Origin: Reclinomonas americana ATCC 50394
Taxonomy: Eukaryota
Reading direction: 5' to 3'
Assembly (NCBI GenBank): GCA_048213135.1
Contig: PS015148.1
Coordinates: 48,982 to 112,981 of the forward strand
DNA: 64,000 bases
Both the position numbers and the translations under genes were made by a program. The first letter of the stretch is position 1, and each line of letters starts with the position of its first letter. The notes under the pieces are model-generated. The model saw only the letters and a list, made by a program, of their open reading frames with translations. It was not told the origin of the DNA and searched no databases. This document shows positions 43,901-55,060 of the stretch, in pieces.

Positions 43901-44783
43901 GAGGAGGAGGAGGAGGAGAAGAAGAAGAAGAAGGAGGAGGAGGAAGAAGAACAAGAAAAGAAGGAGAAGGAGAAGAGGAAGAAGAGGAAGAAGATGTAGA
44001 AGAAGAAGAAGATGCAGAAGAAGAAGAAGAAGGAAGAAGAAGAAGAAGAAGAAGAAGAAGAAGAAGAACAACAACAACAACAACAAGAAGAAGAAGAAGA
44101 CGAAGAAGAAGAACGACAAGAAGAAGAACAAGAAGAAGAAGAAGAAGGAGTGAGGACAGAGAGAGAGAAGAGAATTCGCGCCCGCCTTCACTCAGCCAGA
44201 CAGCAAGCCCTCATGACTGGCATTGAGCGTCTCCCACATCTGAAAAGAGAAACGAACATGCACGACAATCTCGGAACTTTTAGAACACACTGAACACACA
44301 ATGAAATGAGAGAGAGAGAGAGAGGAGTGGATGTGTGCGTGAGTGAGAGAGAGGCAGTGAGGGAGAAAGTGCCAGTGCGTGAGTCCGCGCGCGCGTCAAT
44401 ACAACACACACTGTTTCCCCCTCTCTTTATCTTCGTCTCTCTCTCTTCCTTTCTCTCTCCCTCACACGCAACTCGACAGTCTCCTCATCCAACACCGTGT
44501 GATACACCGACACCATGTGCGAGTCATACACACGCCGCAGACGACCGCCTTCCATCAGTCGCGACACTGCGTCCTCAATGCGCTTGCGCTGCACATTGAG
44601 ACCGGCCAATTGCTCCACCAGTTGATCCTCGGTCTTGCCTGCGCCACCCTTCAGGCACGCAGCGAGAATGTGCTCATTCACCTGTGCGCAAACAAACAGA
44701 GAGAGAGAGAGCGTGAGATACGTACACTCAGGTGCGCGCGCACACGCAAGGTGCGCAACGAGCTCGTCGGAGGCCTCTGCCAT
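40962..44783 (-). CDS. Uncharacterised membrane protein, paralog B: N-terminal wHTH-like domain, 3 TM, large loop, C-terminal TM
   Basis: MAEASDEL|VNEHILAACLKGGAGKTEDQLVEQLAGLNVQRKRIEDAVSRLMEGGRLRRV, IGWFLFSVALQALCLVAGAK, FFVYFAVL, MFAIGCLIVWIVVGCVCAY, NEFNLQRGF, FNAGVASVQTQW, AIRNVVIGSCVGYG; homologous to 18294-20765; one gap inside a predicted intron. Confidence 0.75.
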
Positions 44784-45603
44784 GCTCTGCTCTCTTCGAT
44801 GTGTGTCTCTCAGCACAACGAGGGCGCAGACGGGAGGAGGAGTTGTTGCTGTGATGTCGTCCGGCAAATTCAGCGAGTCGCTGCGCAAATTGATCGCAAC
44901 ATGCGCATTGGCGTGTGCAGTTTCGAGTTTTGTGTGTGAGAGGATTGAGTGATGCAGTGCTGGCGTTGTCCGTCTGCAACGTCGTCGTCGTCGTTGCATA
45001 AAAGATCGATATCACGTTACCGATATTTGAATATCTGACAATATGGCTGCCTTGTTCTGGGACTGCTGGACTTGGGCATTACGGCGCATTGCACAGCGGA
45101 TACAGTACGTACTCCAGGAGCAGCAGTGCACAATGCAAAGGTCGAGCTGCAGCGCTGCATCTTTGCCACGGAAGAATTCCCGCGAAAAAACAGCGGTGGA
45201 AACGGGATTCAACAACGGCTGCCCTTAGCAACCATAAGTCCAACCATGTCCGACACATCAGCTGCAGTACAACACGCAGCACTCAAAAATTGAGATGCGC
45301 ATGCGCATGCGCAGTCACGGCCGACGATCGCGACGTACGCGTGCGTTGATCGCATCGTTCATACTGTAATTTAACGAGCCCACCAGCATTACTATTGCAG
45401 GTGAACGTGGTCTCTCGTATCGGGAACCAGATGCCATGGCCACCTTGTGTGTTTGTGTATGCGTTCTGTAAACTAAGATCTCCCGTGGCCAATTGCAATT
45501 ACGGCGCCAGCCGGCAATACCCCTGTCGATCCACATCTTGCCCCAGCAGCAGCCAGTCACAGTTTTCGATCCCATCTCACCGGACAGCAAAGTATTACGA
45601 AAC

Positions 45604-48096
45604 ATGGCGGATTGTGCCGGGAATGCATGCCGGGAAATTGCAGATCGAAGCTGTCTGACATTTTTTCGATAAGCATGGCGAGCGCGGCTCATGGACTGCA
45701 TTTTGCTGACGAGAGTGGTGCCGAGGCTTTTGCACTGCTCAAGGAAGGCGACGAGCCATTGTTCAACTGTGTGGCATACACGGTGAGCTCCACCCACTAA
45801 TAATCACACTCTTCTCTCCCTCTCTCCCTCTCACTCTCTCACTCTCCCTGCAGTTCGACCGCGCCTCTCCCCTGGCGCTCCTTGTTGATGCGCAGTTGTC
45901 CACTGACGGCAACGTGCTGAACTACGTGAGAGAGCACATCTTGCCTGGTCGCGATGCCGAGGTTCGCGCATACTCTCTCCCCTTTTATCTGCAACCCTGC
46001 GCAGTGCATGTCTCACACCTGTGTGTATGTGTAGATCGTGATTGTGGCCGCGCACGTGCGAGTGGAGGGAGCCTCTGGCACAGTGCTCATCGTTGCGCAT
46101 GTCAGATACCATTTTCGATACCTGCATCTCATTGCTGATCGACTGCCTCCCTCCTTCCATCTCTCTCCTCCACGCAGATACACATCGGTGAGAACGTTCC
46201 GCCACTGGTCCGCGGCAACGTGGCGGCGCGAACAGCGCAGCTGCGAACACTCTTTCCGGTAAGATGCAGTAGTACATTGCATCACTCCACAGCGGTTGCG
46301 CTGAGCTCTCCCACACGCAGGGTGTCACACTGGAGGTGCAGCTCAACGGCGGTGAGGCGCTGGACACGGAGTCGGTGATGCGAGACTTGCAGGCGCGCGT
46401 GCGGCCGCGGCCTGCTGGCGGATCTGGAGTGCGCCAGCGAGTGGCGGCCGCCTCCGCCAGCACGCAGCTGCGCGGACCACCGCCTTCGGCGCTGCCAGCG
46501 GCAAGAGGCGGTAGGGGAAGGGGGCGAGGCGGGGCTGCTGGTCGTGCGCCGATGACGTACATGGACGGCGATCAAGAGTACACGATCCCGCCGTCGCCGG
46601 ATGAGCCGCTGCCGGCCCGTCGACTGCCGGCCAATGTGCCGACGGCTGCGGATCTCGTGTGCGGAGGTTGTGGCGAGACGCGACCGGCCACGTACCGTTT
46701 GGCGTGTGGTCATGGCCTGTGCCCCGCTTGGTGAGTGCTCAAGAAACGAGAGGAGAGACACTTTTCATGTTCCCAACTCATTGTGCACTGCGCAGTGTCG
46801 AGACTCGCCTGCGTGACCTCGTGCGGCAACAGACTCCGGCGGCACTTACGTGTGCGACGCGCGACTGTGGCAGAGGTCGGTGGACTCCCTTTGCTCTCTT
46901 CGCTTTGTTTCTCATGCCATGAGCAGAGGTGCCGGTGGAGGTCGTGGAGCATGTGGCCATCAGTGGACAGCGCCTGGGCGAGGTGGAGGATGCGTACTAC
47001 GAACTGCTGAATCATCGCTTCGCGGAGATGCCGAGCCCAGTGCCGAGAGTGATGCCCGAGGTGGCACTGGCGCCGGGCCTGAAGTGCGAGAGTTGCACCG
47101 ACACTGCGAATCCGACCACCTATCGAATGGCTTGTGGTCACGGCCTGTGCATCGAATGGTCTGCAGCGAGTGCTGCCGCCGTGTTGAATGTTGCCACTCT
47201 GCGCTCACCTGCGCGCCTCTCACAGCCTGGAGGCCACTCTGCGAACGGTGGTGCAGCAACAGATCCCGAAGATGCTTACGTGTGCCCAAGGCGGCTGCAC
47301 GTCAGGTACACTCTCTCGGTGTGCGACAGGAGAGCGAGTTGAATCTTTGTGCTGACTGATGCCATGCAGTGGTGCCCAACGAATTCGTGCAACACGCCGC
47401 CATGTCTGGCGGTCGCTTGGGGCAGGCCGAGGATCGCTACTACGAACTCCTCAACCAGCTGTACTGCGTCTCCAGCAAGAGCCGACCGTGCCCGGAAGTT
47501 GCGATCGCTCCCAGCTTTTGCGCACTGCCCTTCGTGCTGAACTGAATCTCCCCACGTACACAGTGTCAGCGTCCGTGTATCGCCGAGGACGAGGCGGCGC
47601 GTGACGTCAACTGCTTCGTGTGCCACATTCGCTTCTGCATGCGGTGCGGACGCCGGTGGGTCTCCGCCGACGGCGCCACCGTCTGCGGCAATCCGGATTG
47701 TCTGGCGGCAAACCACCTGTTGCAGACTTGCCCCACCATGGTTCACTCGTGGCACGGAGCTGAGCTCTCATCCTTCCCTTGATCTCACCCTGTGCACCAC
47801 TCCTCCCCAGGAACTCGGCGGTGTGGCCGGTCAGACACCCATTTTCCGCGCATGCCCCAAATGCCACTTTATCCAAGGTAATCCGGTGTACAGCCGCTCA
47901 CAACTGCTCCTCGCACTGCTCATCACCTCGTGCCGCCACGATAGAACACAACCAAGGCTGCAAATTCATGGTGTGCCAACGACCCGGCTGCCTCGAAGGC
48001 TACTGCTTCGGCTGCCTGCGACACCAGGCCAGAGACGCCCACGGCATCTGCCCAAACCCATGCCCAGTCGCACCCCGACAGGAGGTGCCAGAGTGA
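45604..48096 (+). CDS. RBR-type E3 ubiquitin ligase with tandem RING1-like domains, IBR and RING2
   Basis: Two C..C...TYR(L/M)ACGHGLC..C...LTC....C units, IBR-like CFVCHIRFCMRC, RING2-like RACPKCHFIQEHNQGCKFMVC...C...YCFGC. Confidence 0.82.
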
Positions 48097-48139
48097 ACTT
48101 CCGAGCCTGTGTCCTTCGTCCGCAAATTCGTTCTCTCTG

Positions 48140-51100
48140 ATGATCTCTCTGATGGCCTCCGCGTCATCCTCCTCGCTTCTTGAGGTTCTCCTCACCAAAT
48201 GCCGCGATCTGCTCCACCGCCGTCGCGAGCGACTCCAACGCGGTGGCGCCCTCGGTCGCACACGTTCCATCTCCTCGGCCACCGCTCCCTCTTCCTCCTC
48301 ACTCCTCACACTCTCCTCCTCTGCTCCTCACCCCTCGCTGCTCGCTGCTGCTGTCACACGCACACGAGCCTCCTCCTCATCACAAGTCGGTGAGTCGACT
48401 GTGCGCCGCCACACAGAGACAGAGAAGAAAGACTGATTCTCGTGTGTGACAGCATCCACTGTCAGCAGTGATGCTCCTGCTGCTGAGGACGATGACTATG
48501 GCGATGATGATGATGATGATGAGGGAGCGTTGGACGATGCCGCGTGGCTGCGCAAGGTGCTGGTCCGCGGTGGGCGCGGGGAAGGCTCGTCGCGTGAGAG
48601 TAGTGAGCTAGTTGCGCGCAATGCGCGGCTGCTGGCTCGCTCGTGCATGCTCTGTCACGCCATGACGCGGGCGGCTGCGGCCGCGGCGCCTGTGGTCCCC
48701 GGCAGTGCCATTGCGGTGCCGTCGGCCACCACGGCCAAGGCGATTCTGAGTGGCGAGCAGATGCGCAGTTGCGAGGGCGATTCAGCAGTATGTTGGTGTT
48801 GTTGTTGTCAGAGATGGTGACTGGGGGAGTGCGCAGGCAAGTATGGTGCGTCGGTGTCGCAGTTGTTGCAGCACATGCTGGCGGACTTGGCCGAGTGCAG
48901 GGATCCGGCGGTGCGGGAGGTCGTCTCGCAGGTGCTGCTGGATGCTGCCGATGGTTTGCACGCCTCTTCTTCTCCTTGTCGTCTCGAGGCTCGCTGATTG
49001 TTGAGCCCTTGCGCAGAGCCGCATGGTCTGAGCTGTTGCAAGTCACAGACAGCATCTTCTCGCACTCGCTCACGCCAGCTCTGTGCACAGTGTTGACGCA
49101 TACCACGAATGGACAGCGCGGTGACAAGCTGCAGGAGTTGATTCATGTCGCCGTTCGTCGCGCCTCGCAGCCTGTTGGTGAGCCTGCTCTTTTCGACCAT
49201 GTGGTCGCCGGCTGTCGCCACTCATTGTGTGTTGCCGTGCAGAGACAGACGCCGATGAGCAAGTGGCTGCCGATCCGCCGTTCGCACCGCTGCCTCAACA
49301 TCTGCGCGGCTTTGATGCGGTGGAGGAGCGCAATGTGACATACTTTGTTGCGTGGTGCCTCCCCCCCTCCTCTCTCTCTTTCTCGTCACCCTATACTGAA
49401 ACGACGCCGTGTGCAATGCACAGTCCAAGGATCGGCCACCCAGCACGAGAATGGCGCACGTGCTCAAACTGATTGTCGTCGGCAGTCCGGGTGGTGAGTC
49501 GAATGCAGACGACGAGAACAGGCTCTTGTCCCCACTCACCTGTTCTGTTCAGTTGGCAAGACGGATCTGTGCAACAAGCTCGAGTCGATGCGCTCCTCCA
49601 CGCCTTACAGCGTGGCGAGGCGAGCCAAGGCGGGCTCGGCGTCGGGAATGCACACGCTGTATGCGACGATTCCGGACGGCAGACATGTGGAGATTCTGGT
49701 GCGTCTGTTCGTCTCTTTCGTACTGCTCGCTGCATGCTGATCGCGTGAGGGGTCGCAGATGCTGGACCCGCACAGCCCCAACATCATGGGCAACTTCTTC
49801 ACTCGCGCGCACGCCTGTCTGTGGGTCTTCAGAGTCACCGATATGAGCACGTTTTTCGTTGCGTGGTGGGAACAGGGAAAGGGGTGAGAATGGAGAGGAG
49901 AGAGAAGAATGGGAGCAAAGAGCGAAGCAAGTGAGAAGAAAGGGAGGAGCAAGTGGGAACGAAAAGCGAAGTGAGAGAATGGGAAGTTGAACGAGTGAGA
50001 AAATGGGAGGGGCGAGCGGGAGCGAAGAGCGAAGCGAGAGAATGGGGAGTGAAACGAAGGAGGAAATTGAAGAGGCAAGTGGAAATGCTGAGCGAAACGA
50101 GGATTGGGGAGTGCAACAAGTGAGAAGAAAGGAAGACGAGTGGGAACGAAAAGCGAACCGAGAGAATGGGGAGTGGAACGAGTGAGAACAATGGGAGAGG
50201 CGAGTGGGAACGAAAAGCGAAGCGAGAGACTGGGGAGTGGAGCGAGTGAGAACAATGGGAGAGGCGAGTGGGAACGAGAGAACGGGGAGTTGAATGAGGG
50301 AGAAAAATGGGAGGGGCGAGTGGGAACGAAAGCGAAGCGAGAGAATGGGGAGTGGAACGAGGGAGAAAATAGGAAGGGCGAGTGGGAGCGAAGAGCGGAA
50401 TGAGGTGGGAGCAATTGAGACGGCGAGAGAACGAGAAGTGGAGCGAGTGCAAATGGAATCCTGTACCGCAGTGAAGACGAGAGTGGAAGCAAGTCGTGCT
50501 CCCCCGCTCCTTGTGTGTCTCACAAGTGATTTTCCCACAGAGTCTACCCAATATGGTGGAGACGTGCCGTGAACTCGGTCGACGACGAAACGGGTATCGC
50601 TTGTCGGGCATGGTGTTGGCGAACCAGGTGATTGCATCGTGCGCGCTGCATCCTTGTTCCTCTCGGGATTGCTGACGCCTGGTGTCGCAGGTGGATTCAC
50701 TCGATATATTACCGATGGACGAATGGTCGCCGTCGCAGACCGCGGAGCGACTGAAGCACCTGAGATCCTCCATCGGCAACGTGCGAGTGTGCGTTCATCA
50801 GTCGTGCACATCTGCTTGCTTCTCCCTCGCTGACCGTCCCACCCACCACGCAGAGTTCCATGCAGCGCACAGTGGGAGACAGAGCAGCTGCGGAGGTGTC
50901 TGAACGACTTGATCATGGAGTTGGTGGACCGCGCCGACGCCCACGACTTTGACGACGACGTGTGGCAGCACGAATCGCTGCTGATGGACGATCCAGCGGC
51001 CTACACACCAGTGTCGGGCGCGCTGGCACAGACGGCCATCAAGGGCGGTAAGGCACCGGATGCATCGTCGGCTTCCACCGAAGGGAGGTGTTCGTGTTGA
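48140..51100 (+). CDS. Atypical Ras-superfamily (Rab-like) GTPase with long N-terminal extension and C-terminal CXC
   Basis: KLIVVGSPGVGKT, FFTRAHACLWVFRVTD, VLANQVD, VPCSA, C-terminal GRCSC*; one N-terminal junction (~48950-49017) is ambiguous. Confidence 0.7.
49900..50450. repeat. Intronic purine-rich minisatellite (~60 bp unit, about 8 degenerate copies)
   Basis: gagaatggggagtggaacgag...gcgagtgggaacgaaaagcgaagc recurs throughout the intron. Confidence 0.75.
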
Positions 51101-51401
51101 GTGAAGGAGCTCGAATTCGTTTCCCACTTCCCCAACAACGAAAGACTTGGCCACTTGAACAGATGAACACGATGCACAGCGCTTGCAGATACAAGCGTCG
51201 CGCGACTTCAACGAATTCGTTTCCCCACTTCCCCGGCAAAGATATGACCAGTGGTACATGTGCCTGAAGAACACGATACAGCTTGAACGTCGCACAACTT
51301 CAACTTCGTTCCAACAAGTGGTGTCCTCTGAAAGCATTTTCGCGAAGATCACAAGCAGCACATCGCGCGCAGACACAGACACGCAGCAGCTGCTGAGGAT
51401 C

Positions 51402-51968
51402 ATGGGAGTGAGCATCACTGGCCCTTGGTAAGCAAGCACATTGCTCATTTGAGTTGACTCTCACACATGCACGCAGCTCTCACTCACTCTCTCACTCACA
51501 GGATCCTCTTTGCGATCTTTGTGTTGGTGCGTGCAAGCTTACACATACACACGTTGAGAGACAGAGAGTGAGAGAGAGGCAAAGACAATGCATCTCACTC
51601 TATCTCTCTCTCACAGATCACCATCTCCCTCTGTTATGTCTTCACCAAGTACTACTCGAAGGTGAATGTGGTGGCGAAAGTTCCGACGTTGGTGACTGTG
51701 TGTGCGCTCTCGTTTGCGGTTGCCTCGCTCTGGCTTGTTCCGCTCGATGTGTTCAATGCGGAACGAGGTCTCACGACGACAAGTGGTGGTGGTCAAGGGG
51801 AGGGAGAGGGAGAGGGGGATGAAGGGGTGTCGCCCATGGCCAGTGCGCAGTCGATTGAGACGTTGTATTTGGGTGAGTGGGGAGGGAGAAGGGGGAGAGG
51901 GGAGAAGGGGAGCGAAAGGGGAAGAGGGAGATGGGAGAAAGAGAGAGAGAGGGAGAGAGAGACAGAGA

Positions 51969-52008
<40 letters not shown>

Positions 52009-54982
52009 GGCAGAGTGAGGAAGGGACGCAAGGGAACGGGTGCACACGATGGTTTGTCAACGAGTGCAGGTGGAGAGTGTGTGTGTGAAAGAGAGAGGGA
52101 GAGAGAGGAAGGGAGAGAGAAACGCATTGCATGTCAACGAGTGCAGTTGCAGAGAGAGACTGTGATCATGCTGTTCTCATTCTTCATCTCTTTCTCCCTT
52201 CTGCGGTCGTGCTGTTCTCATTCCACATCTCTCTCTCCTCTCCGCCCCTTGCCATTTCAAGACTATGTGATCGTTCTTCATCTCCCTCGACTCCCGCTGC
52301 TTCACCCCTTTCCCCAGTTATTCTCATTCTTTATCTCCCTGCACTCCACCCCACCCTTTCCTCAGTTCCAGAGACTGCTATTCTCGTTCCTCATCTCTCT
52401 CACCACCCTCCGCCCCACCTCTTCGCCGTTTGCGATCATGCTGTTCTCTTTCTTCCTCGTCTCCCTCTCTTCCACTCTCCCCGTTCGCGACCGTGCTGTT
52501 CTCATGCCGCGTTTCTCTCACCTCCCTCTGTGCTCCGCCCCTTCCCGTTCGCGGTCGTGCTGTTTGCATTCCACATCTCTTCAACGCCCACTGCTGCACC
52601 CCGTCCCGTTCGCGACCGCACCGTTTTGCATGCCACGTCTCTCTCCTCCTCCTCTGCTCCACCCCTTCCCTGTTCGCGATCGTGCTGTTTGCATTCCACG
52701 TCTCTCATGTCCTCCTTCTCCTTCATCCCTTCCCCGTTCGTTCTCCTTCCGCATCTCTCATCATCTCCTCTCTGCTCCACTCTTCCACTTTCGCAGTCTC
52801 CTACCTGGTCATGACGGTCTTCGCCTTCATCATCGTCCCATTCGCCTACTTCTTCTACGAGGAGCACGACCCGGACTCGTCGGGCGTCAGTCGCGTGTGT
52901 GCCGCCCTCCGCTACACCATCATCTGCATGGTGATCTTTGTGATTCTCCTCATCCTCGGCCTGACGCTGCAACTCGGCAACTTTAGCGGATCCCCGGAGG
53001 AGTGGATCCGCGCCCTGTTCGACACGGAAAATCGCGGCGTGCAGGCCATTATCTTTCTCGTCACCATGCTGGCCCTCCTCGGCATGTCGGCGTGGGTCCT
53101 CTACGCTGGCTACGGCTTCTCCTCGTTGCCGGTGAACATGATCAGGGGGCGGCAGTCGGCGGCCTCGGAGGGCATCGACCTGGTCGACCGCATCGATCCG
53201 CTGACGATGCAGATTGAGCGGCTGCAGTCCAAGTACCGCATCACGGGCGAGCGCATGACCGAGGCCGATCGGGAGAAGCTGGAGCGCATGAAGCAGCGCA
53301 AGGAGTTGCGGATAAGCGGGAGGGGTGGGTGGGAAATGAGAGACACAAATGGCTTACCGTGATGCAGATTGTTGAGCTTCCAGGCACACTCGCTGCAGGA
53401 GGCGGACCAAGGGTGCGCCGCCAAGATCGAATCATGTATGGCGCCGTTCCGCGTGCTGCTGGGCTCCCTGCTGTTGCTGTTGTCGCTCTTTGTTGTGGTG
53501 TCGCTGTTTATCACCGCGCTGGATCGGGCCATCAACTCCATGGTAAGAAGATGAAGGCGCTAAAGAGGAAGAGGCAGAAAGGAGATCGGGACAGAGAAAC
53601 AGAGGCAGAGGAACAGAGAGACAGAGGCAGAGAACGTGACGGAGGCAGAGGGAGCGACTGAGGCAGAATCGGAGACAAGAGGCAGAAAAGAAATGACGAT
53701 AGAGGAACTGAGCCAACGACAGAGACAGAACAGAGGGACAGAGAGGGACAGAGGCAACGACATAGATAGAGGCAGCGATAGACACACACACGCACACACA
53801 CATACACACACAGAGAGAGGGAGAGAGAGACAGAGGCAGAGAACGTGACGGAGGCAGAGGGAGCGACTGAGGCAGAATCGGAGACAAAGGGCAGAAAAGA
53901 AGTGACGAGAGGGACAGAGACAGAGCAGAGAGAGAGAGAGAGAGAGAGAGTGAGAGAGGAACAGAGGCAGCGATACACACACACACACGCACGCACACAC
54001 GCACGCACACACACACAGAAAGAGAGAGAGAGAGCGACAGAGACAGAGACAGAGGCAGACATGTACAGAGACAGATAAGAGAGAGAGACAGAGAGACGGA
54101 GAGTGAGATAAAGGCAGAGAAAATGTTGTTCGTGGTGTTAGAAGGCTGAGAAATCGCGCCCCGTCTCTCGCACTCACATTGACTGACTGTGTTTACACAG
54201 TGCGGCCTCTCATGCGGATTCATCCTCAACAAGCCGCACCTCTTCAATCCTCTTGACAGACTGCTCACCGTGCTCTCCAAGGTGTGTTGGTGGCCTGATG
54301 AAGGTAACATGCCGGGGCGTTGCATTGACCGTGGCGCCGCAGTACTACCCGCTGGACTTGATATTCCTGAGCGGCCTCATGTTCTATGTCTTGCTGGCCT
54401 CCATGTCGGGTCTGGTGCGCATCGGATTGCGGGTGCTGTGTGTGGAGGTTTGTTGCCCCCTGCAGGAAGCTGTCCATCCCAGATGCTTACCGTGTGTGCG
54501 TCAGCTGTACCAGGTGCGCAAGCACCGCACGCCACCGCAAGCTCTGCTCTTGATGAGTGTGGTCATCATGTTCATCGTGCTGGTGTTCAGCCTGCTGTTG
54601 GTGTCGTTTGCACCGCAGTACGCCACGTTCGGGTCGCAGAACTTTGTGTCCCCTGTTGCGTTCACATCTCTCAGCCTCTTGTCGTCTCCTCCCGCTCACC
54701 CCCTTCTGCACGCAGAACACCAATGCCACCGAACCGTGCACCGTCGATGCCGCTGTCTCTCAGCTGTGTCGCATGACGGAGATCTCGCGCCTGCACAACC
54801 GCATCATGCTGTCGTCGACCTTTTTTAGTGCTGTATTCTACGTCGGCCAGTGGGCATTTATCGGCGCCTTTGTGGTCGGTCTCATTGTGTCCTTCTGCAA
54901 GGAGCGCGATCCACCAGCCATCAGCAGCAGTAGTAGCTTGAATCACGACGAGGAGGCGGCGGTGGGATTGCTACCGTGGTGA
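51402..54982 (+). CDS. LMBRD1: LMBR1-domain lysosomal cobalamin transport escort protein
   Basis: LWLVPLDVF, FIIVPFAYFFYEE, YAGYGFSSLP, CGLSCGFIL...NPLD, YYPLD, APQYATFGSQ, CRMTEIS; multi-TM; GT-AG introns in frame. Confidence 0.88.
52160..52740. repeat. Degenerate intronic repeat (tgctgttctcattc / tgctgtttgcattcc units)
   Basis: Core recurs about 8 times in the LMBRD1 intron; a second, ~100 bp direct duplication sits at ~53600-53700 and ~53815-53905. Confidence 0.6.
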
Positions 54983-55060
54983 TGTAGATCATACAAGTGA
55001 ATATTAATGAGTGTGTGTTACAACCCCCTCACAAACATGTTCTTTTCGTTTTTCAATGGG

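Noticed and set aside
43859-44150. Poly-Glu/Lys or poly-Leu/Phe ORFs
   Set aside because: (GAA)n/(GAG)n microsatellite within a predicted intron.
49900-50450. Regularly spaced repeats resembling a CRISPR array
   Set aside because: Degenerate purine-rich units without unique spacers, inside a eukaryotic intron, no cas genes.
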